This document shows positions 1 to 15,424 of a stretch of DNA of 64,000 bases, piece after piece. Origin of the DNA: Octopus sinensis (Eukaryota); the NCBI RefSeq assembly GCF_006345805.1, contig NC_043016.1:4712001-4776000 (forward strand). The letters are read 5' to 3'. The notes beneath the pieces are model-generated. The model worked only from the letters and a program-made list of their open reading frames with translations. It was not told where the DNA came from and did not search any database. The number at the start of each line of letters is the position of its first letter. Position 1 is the first letter of the stretch. The translations under genes and the position numbers were made by a program.

Positions 1-1274
1 TGTGTGTATATAGACACACACACATGCACACAAACACATGCACACACACACACACACATTAATATATATAATACGTTAAATGTCAGTTTGAATCTTGCTT
101 GCTTGCAATGTTACTCAGCCAAACTGGTGTACTATGAATTAACTTTACCCTGAAATGTTAATACGAACAGAATGAAACATGTTTTGCATAAATTGGTAAG
201 GTGGTTTTCAAGATATTAGAGATTTTGGGGGTATAAATACTCAAAACGGCACATAACGGGAAAATGTTCTGAAAATAATCCTTATCCTGAAAAGGAAAAA
301 ACTCTTATCTTTCTATTAGGCAGTGATCTCTTTTTTCTATAGTAAATGTTTCTATTCTCGCTTTTCTTAAACACAATATTTTAATCCTTTAGAGATATTT
401 TCAAGTGAATGTGATTTCAGAAATGTAAGTTTTTTGTATAGTAAGTATATATATTTTAGCTTTCTTTAAACAGATAATATTTTAATTTTTTTCTTTGCAA
501 ATAGGTAATTTTATTTATAACTAAATATATATGTAAGTGTGAGACGTTTTTGAATTATTTTCAAGTGAATACCTTATGTTTACTGCTAAATTATTTTTTG
601 TTTCTTTTGTAATTTTTTGCAAAAAGATTTTATTTGAGGATTTTACCTTTTTAAATTGTTTACTTACTTGTTTCACATGACTTTATACATTAAAATTTAT
701 TGAAACTTCAAAACTTCTAACAGCTTTTGTCATCATATTGTTTTACTTTCATTTTATTCAATAAAAATTTGTCATCATAATGTTTTTACTTTCATTTTGT
801 GATAGCTACTGCACAGAAAATGCCAGCTTCCAAATCCTGTTTCCTGATTGAGTAAAAGATATCAAACTTTAAACTTCTGTAAAATTTTCCCAAATTTTTT
901 CTGGAACAAGTTAATAAACAAAATCAGAGTCAGCATAAAGAATTACATCAAAATACTTAATTGAAAAATTTTCATTTAATTTTAAACTTCATAAAACTTT
1001 GACAATAACATAAGGGATTCGTGGAAATTGTAGGTGTCTAATGCTCATCTATGTGCAACTGCTATGCATGTGGGGATAGGATACATGTGTTTATATGCTG
1101 GAGTGTGCATGAGAGCTGATGGCATCAGCTTGTTGATGGATATGTATATATTTGCTAGGGTGTGTGTATATACACAGGCATAGCAGGTACACAACGGGAA
1201 CAGCTTGATGTATTAGTGAATAATCAATGGTGTTGGAGAGTATAAGGATTGAAGTTGTAGTTGAGTAAAAGTTA

Positions 1275-1915
1275 ACTGATATGGAGGGCTGGAAACCATC
1301 TGAATATTGGAAAAGAGTTACCTGTGTTATGATTCATGCCAGGTATAAAATTGCCAACAAAATGACTGATGTTCGATACTCTATAAACAATACAAAGGCT
1401 GTTAGCCATGACATGGACAGCTGCGACAGAGACTACAAAGCTGTGGCCGGCAGGAAACAACACAACAAGTGTTCTGACCGTGTCCCCTTGCTGGAGTTCA
1501 TTCCCACAACTAAGAACAGGGTCCCAAGGCAGACAGCCACGTGAGGCTGTTGGAGGTTGTGGTCAATCTGTGTCTGAAGAGGGTTTTTGATAGAAGGCCA
1601 CATAAATGTCTGCAGGATTCGGTTACTTGCTACACCTTCAGAAAGATAGCCAGAAGTGGTTATCAGAGAATTTCTAGGGCTCCACCAGCCCCAAATTCTG
1701 GTTACCTAATTTCCTTGTTGTAACCTCATGGATAACTAAATTTTGGGCATGGTTGAGAAAGACACCAACCACTCTGCCTGCAACACAAATGCTGAGCTGG
1801 TGGCCAAGACCAAGGGGCGCAGTCAGAAATGCATGTACCAGGTTTCAGAACTATCTTGAAGCTGTATTGAGGCTGTGATGGAAGCTGAGTGCAGCTACTC
1901 TGAGTAAACTGTTAT
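1275..1915 (+). pseudogene. Decayed IS630-Tc1-mariner (DD37D/maT-like) transposase remnant
   Basis: Frame-hopping translation gives SQKWLSENF..TSPKFWLPN / CNLMDN*ILGMVEKDTNHSACNTNAELVAK / ACTRFQNYL / IEAVMEAECSYSE*. This matches the WPPNSPDxNPxDY..WG..E and C-terminal IEAVVEAxG motifs of this transposase class. Stops and frameshifts are present and no TIRs were identified. Confidence 0.65.
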
Positions 1916-2315
1916 TTCCCCACCCACAATCTACTTGATGTAGGTACATATATAAGTAAATCAAAACATATATATACTTGTGTATGTTTTATATATATAT
2001 ATATACTGGAGTAAACACATAAATGTGTAACAAGGTGGAAAAAAGAGTACTCAAATACCAAGGGTAGAGTAATATGCTTTATTTAAAAGCAGCAGAAATT
2101 CAACAAAAACTGTCCAACGAATGGGAACATGGAACTCAGAGTAACAGGTTTTGTTGAATTTCTGCTGCTTTTAAATAAAGTATATATATATATATGCACA
2201 CACACATGCATGCATATACACACACATGTACATGCATGTGCACACACACACATACACACACACATACACACACACACATTTATATAACTATTTCTCTCCA
2301 TATATGTATAGGTAA

Positions 2316-2351
<36 letters not shown>

Positions 2352-2355
<4 letters not shown>

Positions 2356-2582
2356 CTTTATTACCCACAAGGGGCTAAACATAGAGGGGACAAACAAGGA
2401 CGGACAAAGGTATTAAGTTGATTACATCGACCCCAGTGCATAACTGGTACTTATTTAATTGACCCCCGAAAGGATGAAAGGCAAAGTCGACCTCAGTGGA
2501 ATTTGAACTCAGAACGTAGCGGCAGACGAAATACTGCTAAGCATTTCGCCCGGCGTGCTAACTTTTCTGCCTGCTCGCCGCC
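2352..2582 (-). mobile_element. tRNA-derived SINE, family A (core resembling the Deu/Nin domain)
   Basis: Reverse complement starts ggcggcgagc-ggcagaaaagttagcacg (A-box-like), has a gagttcaaattcc B box and the core ctttcatcctttcgggggtcaat. It recurs many times in the window. Confidence 0.85.
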
Positions 2583-2984
2583 TTTATATATATATATATA
2601 TATACACACACGAGTGTGTACACTGGCATAGATACACGTGTATTTGTGTACACATGCAAGCATTGTCAGTATCAGTTTACAAGCTTTTGTTATTATCTAT
2701 TATTGCAAACACACTATCTGTTTAAAACTCTCAAGTTGTTATGAGATTGTCTCCCACTGCTTTTTAAAAATTTTATATTATTTTTAATATTTTTTATTTT
2801 TGCATATCATATATCAGCAGAAATAATACTGAATGACTTTTAGGACACTCAGTTATCTCCACCCTGCCTTTTGTTGTCTTCACTTCTCTGTCTACTTCTG
2901 TTCTTTCACATTTTTATCATGTTTTCCTTTAGTTTTATGCTTTATTTTTGTTATACATAACTTCAGAAATAGTAGGAACTTAAG

Positions 2985-3660
2985 TAGAGAGGTTAGAGAG
3001 TATGAGATAAAAATATGATAAAGATAGAATGATAGAGATGGACAGATACAGATTGGAAAAGAGATATATATAATGTGGGAATGTAAGAGAGTGATGGGAG
3101 GACATTAATTGATAAGACAGGGACAGAAGGACAGAGATGGAGATGAAAGTGTGAAAGTGAAAATAGCTCAAAACTGTGTGTGAATGTGAAGTGCATATAT
3201 ATATATACAAGGTAAAAAGGAAAATAGAAATCAGATAGTAGTGTGATGTTTGTATGTGTGTATGTGAGAGAGAAAGTGGGGACTGACGGGGGGGAAAGAA
3301 GGAGAGAGAGAAAGAGAAATAAGGAGAGACAGACAAACGGACAGACCGACAGACAGGGGTGGTGATATAATTACAAAGTGGAGAAAGACAACAGACAGGT
3401 AGTGAGAAGATGGGAAGGAGGTAAACACAGATTGATGGAGAATAGGAGACAAATCAAATGAACAGAGGGGCAGTGGGGTGGATGAAGGGTACAATTTTAT
3501 GAGTGAGAGAAATAGGAGGAGTGAGTGAGAGAAACAGGAGGAGTGAGTGAGAGAGAGAGAGACAAACAGACAGACAGAAAATGAAAGAAAGAGAGGTAAA
3601 GAGAGAGGGGAGAAAAGGGTGAGAAAGAGAGAGAGAGAGTGAGGAGTGGAAAGCTAAAGG
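2985..3660. repeat. Purine-rich low-complexity (GA/GAGA/GACA) tract
   Basis: Strong purine skew; its ORFs are compositional artefacts. Confidence 0.8.
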
Positions 3661-3729
3661 AACTTTTAGCTCCTGTCTGCAATAAATACAGACCAATTTG
3701 TGGTCATTTATATGTTTATACTGTGTAAA

Positions 3730-5470
<1,741 letters not shown>

Positions 5471-5899
5471 GAGATAGACAGACAGACAGACATATGCATG
5501 TATATGTGTGTATGTTTTTTCTACACAAATATACATACATATGCAAATATTCATAATCACAATGGCAACAGGCAGAGAGAGAAAGATATAAGGCTAAACA
5601 AAAATATATAAGCATGTGTATATGTCAGTTTGTGTATTAAAGTTTTATAAACAAAAGCATTAAACTCTTCAACAAATGCCTACAGTATATAGTTATGTGC
5701 ATGTATGTATATCAGTCTTTTTATAAACTTTCTTGTCTCTTTCAGTCACACTCTTTCTCTGTATATATAGATATAAGCACATACATTGCTTTATACACAC
5801 TATGCACATATATATACTTACATGTATATACATATATATAAATATATATATATATACATACAGCAGTGCATTTATATTTTGTATTTGTTTTTTTTTTTT

Positions 5900-6405
5900 A
5901 CTTGTTTCAGTCATTCGACTGTGGCCATGCTGGAGCACTGCCTTTAGTCGAACAAATCGACCCCAAGACTTATTCTTTGTAAACCAAATCGCTAAATCAT
6001 GATTGTTAAGTGATGGTGGAGGAACAAAAACACAGACACATGCAAACAAATTATAGACACACACACACACACACACATGTATATATATTTGATTTGATTT
6101 TTGATTTTTCCAGTTTCAGCTTATGAGCTGTGGCCATGCTGGGGCATATATATATATATATATATATAAAACTCATGCCAGCATGGAAAACGGATGTTAA
6201 ACAATTATGATGATGATGAAGATGATGATATATATATGTATATATATATATAATTATACAACGGGCTTCTTTCAGTTTCCCTCTACTTTGGTTGGCCGGA
6301 GGCTATAGTGGAAGACACTTACTCAAGGTGCCACACTGCAGAACTGAGCCTGGAACCATGTGGTTGGGAAGCGAGCTTCTTACCACACAGCCACTCCTGT
6401 GCCTA
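5900..6405 (-). mobile_element. Fragmented SINE family B (CORE-like, OR-type) pieces
   Basis: 5900-5985 matches the family 3' part (cttgtttcagtcatt.gactg.ggccatgctggagcac). 6255-6405 matches the head (gaagacactt..caaggtgcca..actga.cc.ggaaccatgtggttgg..accacacagccactcc). Confidence 0.8.
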
Positions 6406-6473
6406 TGTATGTGTGGTATATATATATGTATATATATAAATGAACCTACATACCTATATATATGTGTGTAAAC

Positions 6474-6555
<82 letters not shown>

Positions 6556-7029
6556 AACATACACATATATGTGTGTAAACATATATCTATATGAGTCTGG
6601 TGCAGCCATCTGGCTCACCAGTCCTCAGTCATATCGTCCAACCCATGCTAGCATGGAAAGCGGACGTTAAACGATGATGATGATGATGATGCTGATGATG
6701 ATATACATACACACACACACACATACATTATATACATGTGTATGTGTGTGTAAGTAAGTGAATGTTTTCACAAACATATGCACATGCCCTTATACAGATA
6801 CACATGTGTAGCATACATAGTTGTTGTTCAAATCAGTCTTGTTTCAGTAGACTGGTATTCAAAGACAACCTAACCATGAGCCTCCAGTCTTGATACATAT
6901 TTTATATAAAGAACTACATTGACCCTCATTTTCAAGGCTTTTTTGAAAAACACATTTCTCTGCTATTTCTGTCCATGTGAAGAAACCGCCTGGACACTTC
7001 CTAATATTCTTAGGTAGACATATCATTAT

Positions 7030-7067
<38 letters not shown>

Positions 7068-9256
7068 ACTTATCTATGTAATTTATTAGCTTTCTCAGTG
7101 CCCTGAGTTTCCCATGTATATATACTCTTTTCTTATACTTTTGTTGCTTGAATGAATAAACAGCTAAACTTTACCACTTGTATTGAGTACGTTTTCTCAC
7201 ATTTGTACAGCCAACTACCAAAATTTACTAAAATTCCCATGCTGTTTCAATCAATATTTTTGAATAAGCTTAATTCATGTCTGGCACCCTATGAGGGTGG
7301 GAACAGTGTCAGAATGTTGAATTGTCAGAAAAGTTAGTGTTAACATATGCAACAACATTAAACATCTAAACTAGAAATAAATATGCAGTAAAAAAAATAA
7401 AACAAAACAAAACTGCTATTAGTCATTGGCTAAGATGAATTTTTTTTTTTGTAACATGTAAGAAGGTCAACTTTGAACATAATTCGGTTTTATTCTGACC
7501 TCATCATAGAGTAAGTAGGTGGGGAACTAACTGAGTTATTGGAATGTCAGACAAAGTGCCTTTTAATATTCATCTTAGTTCCTTGTAACCAGAGTTCAAA
7601 ACCCACTGATATTAGTTCTGTCTTTAAGCCTTCTGAAGTCAATTCTTAAAGTACTGATCTAATGAGTTGAACTGATGGAACCGTTGGAGCTAGGTGTATG
7701 TTACTTTGCAGTATTTGTTCAGGCTTTTAACATTCCAAGTTCAAATCCCACCATGACCTACTTGAATGTACTTGAATCCCACCATGACCTACTTGAATAT
7801 TTTATCTGTTGCTCAGTATATTCTTGAGGATCTTTTGTGGTGTCCAGTCCGATGCAAGCATAAAGGCCAGGTCTTCAGTTCTAGGGTTTTTCCCAACCGC
7901 CTTCCCTTTCACCAATCTGGAGGGTGCTGTAAAAGGTCTTGTGCACTGTTACTCCTGAATAAATTATAAAAATAAAAAAAATAATTTTAAATGCTCTTTA
8001 CCATAGTTGCCCAGCTAGCAATGAAATGAATCAGTTAGTATATATGGTTAAACATTTATTGGTGTTGGAAAATACAATTATTTTGAAATTATATAAACCT
8101 AGAACATCATTTGCATAAAAAACAATAGCTAAGTTGTTATTAATGTACAAAACATTAAAAAAACTAACTGAAAATAATTATTTTGGTGAGATAAAGTAAC
8201 AATATTAGTGGTGAACAAAAGAAACGTGGAGTTTCTAAAACAATTTTTTTTTTATATCCCACCAAAGAGTAGAATGTAATAGTTATGACAGTAAACTGGT
8301 TCTCACTCAGAAGTAGATGTCTCCAATTTGAATAGAAAACAATACAGAGCAATTAACTTTGATGCATACAACATCAAACTATCATATGTTAAAATAGCTC
8401 TTCAGATCTTTGCAGAAAGATTTGATAATATGCAGTGTGTGTGTGTGTGTGGCATAGGTATGTATATATGTATGTATGCATGTATTTTTATATATATACA
8501 AACACACACACAGTCATATATACACACATATCTGTGTGTATTTGCATGTATGTAAATTTATCACAGAAATCAGTGAGTTAAAAATTAATTTCTTTTTACC
8601 ACTCCTTGTACAGAAAGCCCGTGGCTCAAAAGTTGCCGATTAAACATTTAAGTGTAACCCACAGTCTTATTTTTATGGACTTATCATTCCTTTGACTAAA
8701 TGGAAACCATACACTATATACTGACATGCAGTGACAACCTCACTAGCACTGGTACCATTCAAAAATGTACTCAATACATTCTATAAAGTGGTTGGCACTA
8801 GGAAGGGCCTCCATTCATGGCCTGGCTCCTAGTTATTTACAATGATGTGTGTTCCAGTTGATATGAACAGTGGAACAGCCTGCTCATGAATTTAATATGT
8901 GTGTGGCTGAGTACTCCATAGACACAGAACGTAACAAGGCTGACCTCCTTTGAATTACATTTACTACTCAATTTCGGCGGCTGAGTGAACTGGAGCAATG
9001 TGAAGTAGAGTGCCTTGCTCAAGCACCCAGTATGCCAGCACATATTGAAATTTTGACCATATGATTTTGAGCCAAATATCCTAACTATTAAGCCATGCAC
9101 CCTCGTGCATCCAGCCATAGAAACCATGCAGAAGCAGAGATTGGGACTTGGTGTGGCCCTCTTGCTCACCAAATTCTGGTGAATTGTCCAACCTGTGCCA
9201 CAGTATGAAGAATGGATGCTACATGATGATGATGATGATGATTGATAGTTTATAGT

Positions 9257-9400
9257 GAAGGTGCATGGCTCAGTGGTTAAAGTGTTGAGCTTATGATTGT
9301 GAGGTTGTGAGTTCGAATCCCGGACCAGGCTGTGTGTTGTGTTCTTGAGCAAGACACTTTATTTCCCGTTGCTCCAATTCACTCAGCTGTAGAAATAAGT
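9257..9400 (+). mobile_element. tRNA-derived SINE, family C
   Basis: A box tggctcagtggtt and B box gttcgaatccc, followed by gtgttcttgagcaagacacttt. An inverted related piece lies at about 8870-9025. Confidence 0.75.
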
Positions 9401-9894
9401 TTTGAGGTCATGTCACAGGTGCCAAGCTGTATCAGTGGTGTGGAGAGGAGAGGATGGTGTGCATGGGCGACTGCTGGTCTTCTATGAAACAATCTTGCCC
9501 AGACTTGTGCCTTGGGGGTGGAGAAGGCCATTCTATATTCAATTCCATGGTCATCCACAACTGAAGGTGGGGGGGTACTCTTTTACTTTTAGTATGACAG
9601 TTTAAACATACACCCTCTCCATTGTTCACTCTGCCATTGCATGTCTGGAAATTCTAGTTGTGACCATAAGGGAGCTGGATTGAATGCACTTGGAGTGCCT
9701 AAGCTGCTATTTCTTTACACTTACCACTATCAGTGCCTATTATAGCACAACGTCTACAATTTATGATTGTATAACTCATGCCAGCCTGGAAAACAAGAGT
9801 TAAAGGATGATGATGACGATGTTGACAAGGACAACAATGATGATGACAATGACGATGATGACAGCATCATCAGTGTGTGCAGTTTTTATCATCA

Positions 9895-10130
9895 TCATCA
9901 TCACTTAGCGTCCGCTTTCCATGCTAGCATGGGTTGGACAGTTCAACTGGGGTCTGGGAAGCCAGAAGGCTGCACCAGGCCCAGTCTGATCTGGCAATGT
10001 TTCTACGGCTGGATGCTCTTCCTAATGCCAACCACTCCGTGAGTGTAGTGGGTGCTTTTTACGTGCCACCGGCACATGTGCTAGACGAGGCTGGCAACGC
10101 CATGATTAGTTGGTGCTTTTTACGTGCTTG
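9895..10130 (-). mobile_element. RTE-tail element (SINE or LINE 3' UTR), family D
   Basis: Reverse complement of gtaaaaagcacccactacactcacggagtggttggc.ttaggaaggg(a)gcatccagccgtagaaac..ccaacccatgctagcatggaaagcggacgctaa(gat)n. Confidence 0.85.
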
Positions 10131-10754
10131 TTTAAATTGGATTGATGTTTTTACAGTTGTGCTGTTGTAGGATTCTGGGAACATAGGGATTTATATTAGA
10201 GTTTCTAGGGTGTTTTAATTCTGTTAGGACTGAGTAGAAGGGGTGGTGCTGTTAGAATGGTATTGTAGATGTGCCTCAGTATTTGTGGAGGATTGTAAGT
10301 CTTGTCATCTGGAATTCAAGGGCTGGGGTTTGCTGCAGTGACAAACTGTGATCTCATATATCCAGGACATCTTTCACTTTTGGTATTTTGGCTTTGTGAG
10401 ATAATGAGGGAAATTCACATGGCTGCTCCAGCTGCTAGACATATAGAAATAACTACTACATCTCCCTCAGATCTCACCACCTTAAGAATGGAAGTTAAGG
10501 TTACCTTTAGAATATTACCAACATAAATGAAGCAGTTTGCAGAATTAAAAGTAAACAAGATTGAGAACAATAAACTGAGAATGTTTACTGGAAAGTAATT
10601 TCACTGTGACTCCCAGCACACAGTGTCTGTTGAATCGTCCAACCCACAGCATCATGGAAAGAGAATGTCTGTAAAGAATGAGTCTCACAACTGAACTTCA
10701 TAGTTAAGAAAAACCAAAATTTTAGAATCGTGAATTTGTTTTGTTTAATTTATT

Positions 10755-11270
10755 CAGATGCCTTACTGGCACTTCTGCCTGTGCTAGTAGGGTGCCAAGA
10801 GCACCATCTGAGTGGGATCATTGCCAGAGCAGCCAACTGGCTTCCGTACCAGTAGCACGTAAAAGGGCACCATTCGAGCATGATCGTTACTAAAGTCGCC
10901 TTACTGGCACCTGTGCTGGTGGCATGTGTAAAAGGATTCGAGCGAGGTCATTGCCAGTGCCGCCTGACTGGCCCCCGTGCCGGTGGCATGTAAAAGGGCA
11001 CTATTCGAGCGTGATCGTTACCAAAGTCGCCTTACTAGCACCTGTGCTGGTGGCATGTGTAAAAGGATTCAAGTGAGGTCGTTGCCAGTACCGCCTGACT
11101 GGCCCCCGTGCCGGTGGCACGTAAAAACCACCCACTACACTCTCAGAATGGTTGGCATTAGGAAGGGCATCAAGCTGTAGAAACCGCCAAATCAAAATTG
11201 GAGCCTGGTTTGCCAGCCCTCAGTCAAAATCATCCAACCCATGGAAAGCGAACGTTAAACGATGATGATG
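10755..11270 (+). mobile_element. Family D element with internal tandem hairpin array (131-bp dimeric period)
   Basis: gtgccggtggcacgtaaaa-type units; equivalent positions at 10844, 10975 and 11106. Ends with the family tail and (GAT)n. Confidence 0.85.
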
Positions 11271-12705
11271 ATCATGATCATGATGATGATCATGATGATG
11301 ATGATGATGATGATGCTGGTGGTGATGATGATGAGACATTGTCTAAATATTAGAACAGTAATGAAAAGTTAACAAACATTGCCATGATTTAAGATATTCA
11401 CTTAAAAAAAAAAAGAATGAAACAAATCAATTTTCTTATATTTCAGCTTTTAATGCGTTTCTGAAAGAGATTATTCTATGTTAGATGCAGGGTTATCTTA
11501 AGGCATGAGCACACTGGACTTTGTCCAAGAGCTTCCCAAGTCCACGGGCTTGATTTTGACCTATGTATGTTGCTGCTTGCTGTCAATAAATAAATACTAT
11601 AGGTCCTTGTGCATTGATTTGCCCAGGGGCCTTTGAAGCTGTTGAGATGACCCTGAGTAGAAGACCTTATATTGTAACAGTCATAATTACATTACCTAAA
11701 ATATCGACAGCCATAGACTAATTGGTAAAACATCCTGTTGCTAAGTCTGTAATGTTATTTTGATTGCTTGTAAAAATATTATTTCTCTTTATGCCCCTAG
11801 AACCTTTAGAAAAGTTAAGAATGTTGAAACTTTGAATATTTCCTTCCTCAATAATTATATTGTCATAATTCTTTGGGTTCAATACAAATTGTCAGTTACT
11901 GAACAACAAGTTCTCTATGTTAAGTTGTGCAAAAATTAAACAAAGCAAATATAATTCCAAAGTTATTGTCTCAGATTTTAAGATTCTGTCAAAGACATTG
12001 CTAAAGACTTAGTCTACAATTTATGTTTCTATATTTCTTACTTTCCTGCTTATTTTCCTGTCATAATGAAATGATTATAAATTATAAGCACAGTTTTAAA
12101 TATATCAAACTAGGCAGTCATAACCCCCTAATTGCCATGATCATTAACATGCAAAAATATTAGTCTAATTAACAAGCATACTAAAAACATATAAACACGA
12201 AAATTTCTTATCAAAATGTAATCTGGTGCAACCAAATATGTTAGTGACACAGAAATTAGTGAGCAAGGGTGCTATTAATGAAGTAACAAGTAATTTATTG
12301 TAATTAAGACAGCAGCAGCAGCAAGACCCACAAAAAAAATAAATAAATAAGCAAAAGCAACAATAATAAGAATATTAACGATGATATTTAGCTTGGCACT
12401 GGCACAGCTTTGTAGAGGCATGTGGTATAATTGATTTACATCTGGTGTATATAGATATATTTATGTGTGAGTGTTTATTTTAAGCCAGTGAAGGAGCTTT
12501 TACAGGATCAAAAGACCTGTTAGAAATAGCAACCAAATCAGCCCTTAAATTACTCCCTGTAGAACAACCTGCATAAATGATTTGTTTATTGTAATCACAC
12601 ATTTGTGTTGTACACTAGCTCACTGCCTCCATCAAATTGGCATGGCCTGTATTGGTACGAGGAATGCTACATGTATAGCTACAAGGAATGCTACATGTCA
12701 GATGT

Positions 12706-13009
12706 GGAGGCACATGGCCTAGTGGTTAGAGCAGCGGACTCGTGGTCGAGGGATCACGGGTTTGAATCTCAGACCGGGCGATGTGTGTGTTTATGAGTGA
12801 AAAACCTAAGCTCCACGCAGCTCTGGCAGAAGGTAATGTCAAACTCCTGCTGATTCTTTTGCCACGACTTTCTCTCACTCTTTCCTCCTGCATCTTGCAG
12901 TTCACCTGCGATGGACCAGTGTTCCGTCCAGGTGGGGAACCTATATGCCAAAAAACTGGGAAACCGGTCCTATGAGCCAGGCATGGCTCGAGAAGGAACA
13001 AACAAACAC
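12706..13009 (+). mobile_element. Full-length tRNA-derived SINE (family E) with 13-bp TSD
   Basis: A box tggcctagtggtt, B-box-like gtttgaatctc and a (caaa)n tail. Perfect direct repeat acatgtcagatgt at 12693-12705 and 13010-13022. Confidence 0.9.
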
Positions 13010-13356
13010 ACATGTCAGATGTCAAAGTGATTCCTGTGCAACATAAGATAAAGGGTTTTATACAAAAACGTGACACACCATGCAGTCCAGGAATTTGATG
13101 TATAAGCTTGTGATTTTGAGTGCAACACCCTGACCACTGGCTATGGGTCTTTACTCTCTACCACCTGAAGAAAGGAACAAAATTTTGGATAGTATAAAAG
13201 TATATATGTTATGTCTGAATATCTTTGATGGTTGAACCATTGGATCTGAGCTGATGAAAAAACACATGTCTGTTAGTCTGTCTGCATGTATGCATGTATG
13301 TACATATGTACATACGTATGTATGTATGTATGTATGTATGTTTGTATTATGTATTA

Positions 13357-13929
13357 TGTCAGGTCACTTTCGATTGCTACAGCTAACATGTAACCCAGTA
13401 CAACCTGTTGCATGGTCGGCCGTCGGCGACTAAACCAGCAACCCCACCAAGCTTGCTTGGTGTGGAGGGTGCTTATTGGACACCCTGCGGGATGAAAAAC
13501 AAAATCCGTCAAAGGGCGGAGGAACTCTTGAGAGTCAACAGCCATCCGATAAATGTGTTTTTTTTTTCTCTTAAGGCTTAAGGCTGTATCATGCGCGGGA
13601 ACATAGAAATAATCGGACTGAATACCCGATCGCGCGGTTAAACCATTAGGAGTGAAGGACTCCTAGCCTTTGTTAGGGCATCCTTCTAGGAGAAGGTAAC
13701 TCAGGTAACTGGGATAACTCCAACATAAAACTTGCGGCTCAGTGGTTACCCATGATGTTGACTTGTTCTTCTTTTCGGATTATGGCTGCTGTTGCTTAGT
13801 GAGTGGGATTGACTCAGTGCACAGCCTTCCCTCACTTTAAAAACAATCTTCTTGCACAGGCATTGCACGATAACAACATTGATTAAACTTCGTGCAATGG
13901 CAATACTCGACAACGAGGGGGCAGCCACC
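13357..13929. mobile_element. Hairpin-rich insertion within (ATGT)n, possibly a non-LTR retrotransposon 5' UTR
   Basis: GC-richer block flanked by (tatg)n on both sides, with several perfect short hairpins. No ORF. Confidence 0.4.
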
Positions 13930-14315
13930 ATGTATGTATGTATGTATGTATGTATGTATGTATGTATGTATTGTATTGTATCTGTCTGTCTGCCTGCTCT
14001 GATGAAATATTTGCTAAAAATCATGAGATTCGAATTGATGCTTGCATTGTTCGATTAAATGGAGCTGCTTAATATAAGGCTGCATTGCATTAGTACCTTA
14101 ACATCCTTGTTACTTATTTACTTTTAAGTCAATATGTATAAGGGAAATAGGGCAAGATAGGGAACACGGGTTTTGGAAGGATGACTGAATAAGGTCATAA
14201 GAGTGTGAGAGGAGAGTGATAAATGGTTCGAGATGGAGGTAGAGGCTAACGTAGAGAATGAACCAGGTGTAGAGATGTCACTGAAGGTAGCATTTTCTAT
14301 CTTGTCCTATTTTCC

Positions 14316-14319
14316 TTAT

Positions 14320-14350
<31 letters not shown>

Positions 14351-14393
14351 TATACACATATGTATATGTATATATATATATATATATATACAC

Positions 14394-14433
<40 letters not shown>

Positions 14434-14470
14434 GCACATACATATATATATGTATATATATATAAGTGTG

Positions 14471-14534
<64 letters not shown>

Positions 14535-14540
14535 CACATA

Positions 14541-14596
<56 letters not shown>
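14316..14596. repeat. (TA)n microsatellite abutting the Penelope left arm
   Basis: Directly visible. Confidence 0.95.
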
Positions 14597-14601
<5 letters not shown>

Positions 14602-14644
14602 AAACAAGTAAAAAATAGAAATGCTAAAATAATTTTATAGTGAA

Positions 14645-14692
14645 CATTTCAGTACCGGTTTCGGTCATTTTGAGACCTTTTCAACTGTAACG
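14645..14692 (-). ncRNA. Minimal type I hammerhead ribozyme (U3:A8 variant), sense to the Penelope ORF
   Basis: Exact reverse complement of 16701-16748. Confidence 0.75.
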
Positions 14693-15424
14693 ATTAAATA
14701 ATTAAATTTAGAAAAATTAGAAGAAAAGTTTTTTTAAAAGAATATTTCTATAGTAGTGTTCAGATTTAAGTGGCATTCTGCCTTTCTCTGACTCCCTTGT
14801 TTGCACTTGTGTGTTCCAGGTAGTTGTGAGTTCTTGGTAGGGTAGTAGAGGGAAGGCTGGTGAGGAAAGGGGGTGGGAGAATCTGGGAGTGCCCTGATGG
14901 TCGTATTTTGAATGGTCAGTGGCGGCTGGCAGTCTCAGTTCAATTCAGGAGAATATTTATATTGACAGGCTTGTTTATAGAATTAGCGTAGGTGTTATAC
15001 TAAAAAACATTAGTGACAAACTTAAGGGGTAGGGGGTGGAGAAGAAGAAGAAGAAGAAGAAGAAGAGAAGGAGAAGGAGAAGGAGAAGATGACGATGATG
15101 GTGATGGTGGTGATGATTATGACGACGATGATGATGATAACGATGATGATGAAGAAGAAGAAGAAGAAGAAGGAGGAGAAGGAGAAGATGGTGGTGATGA
15201 TGGTGGCGATGATGATGATGCCGATGATGATGATAACGATGATGATGAAGAAGAAGAGGAAGAAGAAGAAGAAGAAAAAAACAGAGGAGGGAGAATATGA
15301 ATGGGTGTAAATATAGCTATGAAGGGGCTGATTAGTAATGGATTCTATGGAGTGTAGTATTTGTGTGTGTATATATATATATATTTTTTTTTTTTTTTTC
15401 CTTTTATTCTAAAGTTGAGGTATA

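Noticed and set aside
12706-12780. tRNA gene calls for the A/B-box heads here and at 9257, 17789 and 35359
   Set aside because: No complete cloverleaf is seen, and the heads continue into SINE bodies with tails and, in one case, a TSD.
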